In this document: in pieces, positions 58,385-64,000 of the stretch | How positions within the stretch are numbered: position 1 is the first letter of the stretch | How the letters are laid out: each line of letters starts with the position of its first letter | IMG/VR virus record: IMGVR_UViG_3300014205_000172 | Location: 96,001 to 160,000 of that record | Direction: 5' to 3' (one strand) | Origin: a virus | Taxonomy: Duplodnaviria; Caudoviricetes | DNA length: 64,000 bases | Program-made: the position numbers and the translations under genes | Notes under the pieces: model-generated | What the model was told of the DNA's origin: nothing | The model's input: only the letters and a program-made list of their open reading frames with translations | The model's database searches: none

Positions 58385-58792
58385 ATGCGTCCAAATCACA
58401 AAGCTATCTATTCTTCCCGCACTGCTGACAAGTTTGTACTGCGCCTCCCTGATGGCATGCGCGAAGTAGTTGCCGAAGCCGCCCGTGCGAATCATCGGAG
58501 CATGAACTCTGAATTGATTTCTCGGATTGAAACAAGCCTCATGGAAGATGAGAAGAAAAACAACCCGGCCATTCACATTGATACAGGTTCCGGCGTGACC
58601 ATGCCTGTAGTCGATGCCTGGACTCCGCGCATTGGCATGCTGATCTGCTTTCGCCTGGACATTAAGAAGGTAGGTAACATCCTGGACTTTGAGACGGCCG
58701 ATGACGGCACCATCTGGGCTGACTTGGATCTGCTTGACGGTAATCAAGTAAGCGCTCCGATCAGTCATCTCCAACCTTTCGTTTGCACGTAA
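58385..58792 (+). CDS. amrZ: AmrZ (AlgZ)-like Arc/ribbon-helix-helix regulator with a distinct C-terminal beta domain
   Basis: YSSRTADKFVLRLPDGMRE.VAEAAR.NHRSMNSE.I.R.E.SL is nearly identical to the Pseudomonas AmrZ N-domain as recalled; AAGGA RBS. Confidence 0.85.
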   Translation: MRPNHKAIYSSRTADKFVLRLPDGMREVVAEAARANHRSMNSELISRIETSLMEDEKKNNPAIHIDTGSGVTMPVVDAWTPRIGMLICFRLDIKKVGNILDFETADDGTIWADLDLLDGNQVSAPISHLQPFVCT

Positions 58793-58854
58793 TTGTAACT
58801 TGTTAATAACACTGCCGATCGTATAACCAAAATCTATCGGCAGGGGCAAGAAGC

Positions 58855-59523
58855 ATGCATAAAGGTCTGTTTGTAGCATTCGAGGGTATTGACGGTACCG
58901 GTAAAACTACTCAGCGGAACATGACCGCCGATCGCTATGAGAAGGGGACTATTGAGGTTACTCGCACACTTGAGCCAGGCGGTACTCAGCTGGCCATGCA
59001 GCTACGTGACATTATAAAGTACTACAAAGATGAAACCATCTCTACGGTGGCTGAGGCCATGTTGTTCTACACCGCCCGAGAACTTCATCTGACAAACGTT
59101 ATCCGCCCCCATTTGGCTGAGAATAAAATTGTTCTCTGTGACCGTTTTGCTGACTCCACAGAAGCTTATCAGATGGCCGGTGGTAAGCTGGATCAAGCGT
59201 TTCTTCAAGTACTTCGTAAAACTGTGGTTGGTGATACCGAGCCTGATTTGACGTTTGTGTTTGTGATGGACATCGATAAGGCGTTTGCCCGGGCTGGTGA
59301 ACGTGGTGAAAGCTGTCGGATGGAAGGAAAGGGCCGTGATTACTACATTGCCGCTCAGCAACACTTCGTGAAACTGGCACATCAACCTAACTCTCCGACC
59401 ACTTACGTCATCATCGATGCCGATCAGTCAATCGATGTCATCAATGAAAAGATCTGCGAAGAAGTGGCAAGAGCATGGGATCGTAAACATGGACCTTTGA
59501 TCAAACCACTGGTTCTCAATTAA
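58855..59523 (+). CDS. tmk: Thymidylate kinase
   Basis: FEGIDGTGKTT, EPGGT, LCDRFADSTEAYQ, PDLT. Confidence 0.93.
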   Translation: MHKGLFVAFEGIDGTGKTTQRNMTADRYEKGTIEVTRTLEPGGTQLAMQLRDIIKYYKDETISTVAEAMLFYTARELHLTNVIRPHLAENKIVLCDRFADSTEAYQMAGGKLDQAFLQVLRKTVVGDTEPDLTFVFVMDIDKAFARAGERGESCRMEGKGRDYYIAAQQHFVKLAHQPNSPTTYVIIDADQSIDVINEKICEEVARAWDRKHGPLIKPLVLN

Positions 59524-59557
59524 CTAACTTACTTAATAGACATTCTGGAGTCTTTTA

Positions 59558-60248
59558 ATGGCAAAGCCTGAAGTTACAATCGCAATCGACAAAGCCGAAG
59601 TGTTCTACCGCCTCCCGGCCAACGCCGAAGGTCTGATTGAAATGGATGTACGTCGGTTTCTTAAAGACGTATCTCGGTTTGGTTCGGTTCAGGAACGCGA
59701 GTTGCTGGAAAACGATCGTACCAAGCTGCACCCAATCAATTACAACGCGGTTGTTCGCGTAACACACATCGACGAAGAAGCCCAGCGTTTTGAGTTCCTC
59801 GTTTATCAGCGACCTAAAAAAGGGTAATGGCGAGTCCCGCCTGTCTGAAAACCATTCCATCGGTATCGGCGGACACCCAGATCGCGCTGATGTGGTTTAC
59901 AACAGCAATGACTCACTGAACCTATTCGCGACTGCTGTCGCTGGCGCTAAACGCGAGAATAGTGAAGAAGTAACTCTTTCTGAAACACCTTCGCAACTTC
60001 GTTTTCTCGGGTTGATTTATGATCCAAGTAACGATGTAGGCCGTTACCATCTTGGCCTGTTCGGCATCTTGTTCGTTAGTGCCGAATGCACAGCCACATC
60101 GAACGAAAATCAAATCCTCAATCCTCATTGGGTTGATGTCGATGCCATCTCTGACGCTGGTTATAACTTCGAAAGCTGGTCGGCCATCATCCTGGCCGGG
60201 TTGAAAGCGTCTGACCTTCGGAGTGGCGCTATCTCCGCACAAGTTTAA
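59558..60248 (+). pseudogene. NUDIX-like phosphoesterase (YmaB/COG4112-like) split by a +1 frameshift at 59816-59827
   Basis: ORF1 ends VYQRPKKG*; the +1 frame continues NGESRLSENHSIGIGGH...AKRENSEEV...VGRYHLG...FESWS. Confidence 0.75.
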
Positions 60249-60252
60249 CAAT

Positions 60253-60280
60253 AAAGCACGGGCTTCGGCTCGTGCTTTTT
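60253..60280 (+). terminator. Intrinsic terminator
   Basis: AAAGCACGGGC-TTCG-GCTCGTGCTTT followed by further T residues. Confidence 0.8.
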
Positions 60281-60298
60281 GCCCTTTAAAGGATAGAC

Positions 60299-60544
60299 AT
60301 GCAACAGACTAAAGTTGCGTCATTAATAGAAACGGTGTTTGGCACGGCAGCTGGTCTGATCGTTGGCGTCCTTACACAGCTCGTGATATTTCCTTGGTAC
60401 GGCATCAACGTCCAGTTTCACGATAACCTTTCCATGGTAGTGATCTTTGCCGCCGTTGGCATGGTTCGGACATACGGCGTACGCCGACTCTTCAACGCAG
60501 CCCCTTGGCGCAAATTTAAGGAACGTAGAAATGCGAGCAATTGA
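60299..60544 (+). CDS. Small 2-TM membrane protein of a type common in phages
   Basis: SLIE....G..V....Q..IFP.YG......NL....F..V...R.Y.VRRLFN. Confidence 0.75.
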   Translation: MQQTKVASLIETVFGTAAGLIVGVLTQLVIFPWYGINVQFHDNLSMVVIFAAVGMVRTYGVRRLFNAAPWRKFKERRNASN

Positions 60545-62765
60545 TAGTCAGTACAAAGACATTTATCGCTTCATTAATCAACACGGCCTGGACAAAGGCG
60601 ACCGCACTGGCGTGGGTACTCTTTCTGCGCTGGCTGGTTGGATGCGTCATGACCTGCGTGATAACCGTCTGCCGATTACCTCTCTGCGCGTTATCCGACC
60701 AGAGAAGTTCATCCACGAAATGCTCTGGTTCGTGTCGGGCAGCTCCAGCATCAAGTACCTGAAAGACAACAACGTCGGCATCTGGGACAGCTGGTTCATC
60801 CCTGGTACTGACAAGTATGAAGAGCCCGTACCTTACACAGTTGACGAACTGGCCAACATGTACGTCGACGTACATGGCGTCATGCCGTTCACGATTCTGT
60901 TTCAGGCAGTTCCGGCTAAGCCTTCTTTTGAAGAGCTGCAGTCGGCGCTCATCCTTTCGGGCATTCCAAAACGTTACTGGCAGACAATGATCGAAGATGA
61001 GTTCTCCGGTAAGGAATATCCGGTCGATCCTCAAGATCTTGAGATTAATGTCAGGAACGGTGCTTTGAAGGTCACCATGACTCGTTTCCAGGGCGTTCTG
61101 CTCTGCTGCTCGATCATGAAGGATTTGGGTTGCGGCTACATCAATCCAAAAGCCGGCGGTCCAAACCGTCCTATGTACGATGTAATGGTTGATGTCCTCA
61201 ACAAGTTTGCAACACAGCCTGGGTATGTCAGTAACGGTCAAGAAATAGCCGCTAAAACAAAGATCGATCTTTTTAATGATCTGGTTTTCTGTATGGGGGT
61301 TGATCAAGGCACCGACATAGAGGAAGAGCAGTATGCCAGAAGCGTCCTGGCTAAACTGAGTCCCGAAGAAGAAACTACTTATCGCGAACTGGCGGCCAAA
61401 GCGGGCGTTTCGACTACCGTAGTGCCCACGCCAACGGTACTTGGCTTCCGCGAGCGTATCAAGAAAGCCCATGCTCAAGGTCTGGAACAAAAGCTGTACG
61501 AGTTCTGCGATTATAAAGAAGGTCTGGTTCGGGATACAACCAGTAACATGTACGCCGAGTTGAACGTCGAACTCTGTCCGTCGATCACTGGTCCGTGGGA
61601 CTTGTTCCAGTCCGAAGTTGACCAAATCAATGACTGGCTGACAAAGCACAACGTTCCTTCTGAAATCACACACCCTGCTGTGAAGCCTGTATCCCTCCAG
61701 ACTCGCCTCAATCGTGTCTCCAAGAACGATAAAGAAAAGTGGGACAAGATCAACGCAGTGATCGACGAACCGTGGGAGAACCTTGCAGAGAGCACCACAG
61801 GTAAGTCCATCCTGGAAGCGGGTGAACTTGTTAAGATTGAGATCTTCAAAGACGGTAAGTTCCAGAAGGTCGAAATCCGCAACATCGTGGCGGCTTGCTT
61901 GCACATCACTCTTACTGAACTGGGTATCAATCAGTACAAGCTGATTGACGCCGACATTGGTAAGGGCGCTTACGGCCCGCAATGGCGTCACTATCAAGAT
62001 ACACAGATTGTGGACGTATCCGAGATGGCTGCGTTTAAAGAGAAGGGTTACGGTTATATCACCGAAGTTACCGAGGGTGATAATGGAGACGGTTTCTACG
62101 GAAAGGCCGTCATGCATCGAGAAATCGATCAGCTGCAGAATGCTATCGATCTGCTCAAGAAGGACCCGGACAGTCGGCGCATCTACGTGACTTCCTGCAA
62201 CCCAGGTACTAACTGGCAAGCAGCGCTGGAACCATGCCATCTGTACTTCCAGTTCGTCAGCTACGAGAAAGACCTGCGTGACTTCGAAGAAGACTTTGCC
62301 AAGCTTGACCTGACTGGCGAATACATCGATGCGTTCTCGGCCAGTGACTTGTCTCATAGCGATGAAGATCGTGATGAAGATGAGTTCCTTAAGCTAGCGA
62401 AGGAGTTTGCCGCCAGCAAAGGCGTCCCTACTCGCTGGCTCAGTATCGCAGTAGTACTACGTAGTTGGGACGTCCCAGCCGGCGGGGTCTTTAACACACC
62501 TCAATACGCGGTGCTGACCCGCATGGTTGCTGAGGTGGTCGGCATGGAAGCCCGTGAGATGTTTATCATGGGTGTAGATAGCCACATTTATGAAAACCAA
62601 AAGGAGCTCGTTGACGAAGTCATCTACACTGACTATCAAAACGATAATCCTCAACTGCACATCACGCGCAAGGTTACCAACATCAGCGATTTCAAAATCG
62701 ATGACTTCGTAATCACCGGGTACGATCCAGTGCCAAACACGAAGGTGATGCCGATCGCGCGTTAA
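60531..62765 (+). CDS. thyA: Thymidylate synthase ThyA with about 385-aa and 55-aa insertions
   Basis: DRTGVGT, EMLWF, IWDSW, YGPQWR, PDSRR, PCH, RSWD..G..FN..QY, DSHIYEN; TAAGGA RBS before ATG 60531. Confidence 0.9.
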   Translation: MRAIDSQYKDIYRFINQHGLDKGDRTGVGTLSALAGWMRHDLRDNRLPITSLRVIRPEKFIHEMLWFVSGSSSIKYLKDNNVGIWDSWFIPGTDKYEEPVPYTVDELANMYVDVHGVMPFTILFQAVPAKPSFEELQSALILSGIPKRYWQTMIEDEFSGKEYPVDPQDLEINVRNGALKVTMTRFQGVLLCCSIMKDLGCGYINPKAGGPNRPMYDVMVDVLNKFATQPGYVSNGQEIAAKTKIDLFNDLVFCMGVDQGTDIEEEQYARSVLAKLSPEEETTYRELAAKAGVSTTVVPTPTVLGFRERIKKAHAQGLEQKLYEFCDYKEGLVRDTTSNMYAELNVELCPSITGPWDLFQSEVDQINDWLTKHNVPSEITHPAVKPVSLQTRLNRVSKNDKEKWDKINAVIDEPWENLAESTTGKSILEAGELVKIEIFKDGKFQKVEIRNIVAACLHITLTELGINQYKLIDADIGKGAYGPQWRHYQDTQIVDVSEMAAFKEKGYGYITEVTEGDNGDGFYGKAVMHREIDQLQNAIDLLKKDPDSRRIYVTSCNPGTNWQAALEPCHLYFQFVSYEKDLRDFEEDFAKLDLTGEYIDAFSASDLSHSDEDRDEDEFLKLAKEFAASKGVPTRWLSIAVVLRSWDVPAGGVFNTPQYAVLTRMVAEVVGMEAREMFIMGVDSHIYENQKELVDEVIYTDYQNDNPQLHITRKVTNISDFKIDDFVITGYDPVPNTKVMPIAR

Positions 62766-62809
62766 CGATCAGTGCCTCAAGGACGAGGCCCCTATTAAGG
62801 AAAATATTC

Positions 62810-63145
62810 ATGAACGATTTGAGCAGAGCTTTAGTTGCGACATTCCTCGAATATCTGTCTATAAAGTTACACAAGACTATTCGTGGCCCATATGTCTGGA
62901 ATGAGAACAACTGTGCTCATCCAGGACCACCTGTAGAAGTGTGGGGGATGTTTGTCGAAGATGGTGTTGAGTCCATTAAGCTCAGTAATGGTGATCACAT
63001 CGTTGAGATCACATACCCGATAAGAAACCCCCAATGCTTTACGATCAATCATGAACATCAGGACGATGGAACCCACCCCATGACGGATATGACCGTGATC
63101 AGAGCCCTAGTCAACGCAGTGAACCTCATTGAATTCGGAGCGTGA
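62810..63145 (+). CDS. Hypothetical protein
   Basis: 111 aa, TAAGGA RBS. Confidence 0.7.
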   Translation: MNDLSRALVATFLEYLSIKLHKTIRGPYVWNENNCAHPGPPVEVWGMFVEDGVESIKLSNGDHIVEITYPIRNPQCFTINHEHQDDGTHPMTDMTVIRALVNAVNLIEFGA

Positions 63146-63567
63146 CCATGAAGCGTTTTCTACTCGATCCTCGCGTTAAAGGTGATCCATTCGATCGTCC
63201 GGTTGAAGAGATTGTTTCAAAGTTGCGCGCTACTGGCTGGGTGGGTATCTATGCGTTTGTTGCCGAACAGGAACACTCGATGGAAACCCATCCTGAACTT
63301 GTCGGCACGATCCTGAACTACGGCATCCTTCAAGAAGAAGGCGTTAAGCAGATCTTTATCGATGTGGAGTGTGCGAAACCTAAGCTATTCGAGGGTTCGA
63401 TGACAGCCCGCATTAACACAGCCACCAAGATGTCCCGTAACAAGGCTACAGGCAAAGTGAACATCAGTCGCGATAGCTGTTATTTCGTAACCATCGAGAC
63501 GCATTGTTTGGACCACATCGGCCGTGGCACGCTGCATTGCCTAGACCCTGAAATGATTGAGGAGTAA
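63142..63567 (+). CDS. Hypothetical protein
   Basis: 141 aa, GGAG RBS, overlapping start. Confidence 0.7.
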   Translation: MTMKRFLLDPRVKGDPFDRPVEEIVSKLRATGWVGIYAFVAEQEHSMETHPELVGTILNYGILQEEGVKQIFIDVECAKPKLFEGSMTARINTATKMSRNKATGKVNISRDSCYFVTIETHCLDHIGRGTLHCLDPEMIEE

Positions 63568-63676
63568 ACATGGATACTGCCGTTTCGATTAGGGTACTTG
63601 AAGAATAAGTACTTTGAAGTAGCCGGTTACATGCCCAAAGCCAGTATGTCCAATACCAACCGTCGTAAGAAGGGAC

Positions 63677-63967
63677 TTGACCTTGGAAGTAAAGTTTCGG
63701 CACCTCGAACGCCGCATGTATCTGGTGGCAAACGAAGCAAGTTTTAAAGCTGCGGCGCAGCAAGCGTTTACGAACAACGGCTGCATCAATAGATTGGATG
63801 AGGAAGACTGGCAAGGTATCGATGGCGGAGCTAAGCGCATCTATCCAGCCGTCGTTACCTTCTACGGTGCTATTGGCACCACCCACGAACCTTCATCCTC
63901 GTGGATAACTTTAGCGCAGTACGTTAAAGAACTGACCGCTAAGGTTGACGCGATTTCTAATTTCTAG
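63677..63967 (+). CDS. Hypothetical protein
   Basis: 96 aa, TTG start after AGAAGGGA. Confidence 0.55.
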   Translation: MTLEVKFRHLERRMYLVANEASFKAAAQQAFTNNGCINRLDEEDWQGIDGGAKRIYPAVVTFYGAIGTTHEPSSSWITLAQYVKELTAKVDAISNF

Positions 63968-64000
63968 GAGGCATGATGCCGTCTGTAACGTATATCCCTC

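Noticed and set aside
60795-61946. Intein or intron in thyA
   Set aside because: No C/S...HN-C/S/T splice junctions, no LAGLIDADG/HNH motif, and the frame is uninterrupted.
60516-62357. 613-aa antisense ORF opposite thyA
   Set aside because: Mirrors the thyA codon frame and has no motifs; explained by the scarcity of TTA/CTA/TCA codons in the sense frame.
60531-62765. dCMP/dUMP hydroxymethylase (modified-base system)
   Set aside because: It retains the ThyA Asn (GVFNTPQY) and canonical folate-binding motifs, and no base-modification genes are recognisable nearby.
63570-63608. 12-codon mini-ORF with GAGGAG SD (MDTAVSIRVLEE)
   Set aside because: Too short, no frame joins it convincingly to the downstream ORF, and the SD may simply be the Glu-Glu codons of the upstream gene.
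1-64000. CRISPR array, tRNA or rRNA genes, stop-codon reassignment
   Set aside because: No regularly spaced direct repeats or cloverleaf-like intergenic segments were seen by eye, and genes terminate normally at TAA, TAG and TGA. tRNAscan was not run.

Overview
This is a 64-kb segment of a nucleus-forming phiKZ-like jumbo phage (Chimalliviridae). The host is probably Pseudomonas, inferred from an AmrZ homologue and a Pseudomonas-type SSB tail. The window begins at a terminator just upstream of the non-virion RNA polymerase (nvRNAP) beta' N-terminal gene, the position that follows chimallin in phiKZ. It contains the conserved core block: nvRNAP beta'N, SbcD/Mre11, ChmC-, gp68- and PicA-position genes, nvRNAP betaC and beta'C, a free-standing GIY-YIG endonuclease and an SF2 helicase. 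Next come a virion RNAP beta' subunit, the exonuclease half of the split family-B DNA polymerase, baseplate and head genes, and an expanded family of S-x-E-processed internal head proteins. The right end is an accessory region with small membrane peptides, an AmrZ-like regulator, dTMP kinase, a frameshifted NUDIX gene and a greatly enlarged ThyA. The most notable signals are: (1) a T9 -1 frameshift site joining a putative tail/baseplate chaperone to the next ORF; (2) a host-SSB-like C-terminal tail on the ChmC/Imp6-position protein; (3) a dispersed family of intergenic CATA...TATG-closed hairpins with a conserved mismatch; (4) an early-expressed AmrZ mimic; (5) two further candidate recoding sites; (6) a LigA-derived OB/Zn-finger mini-protein. 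phiKZ gp numbers come from recalled synteny, size and motifs, not from database searches. No tRNA, rRNA or CRISPR array was recognised.
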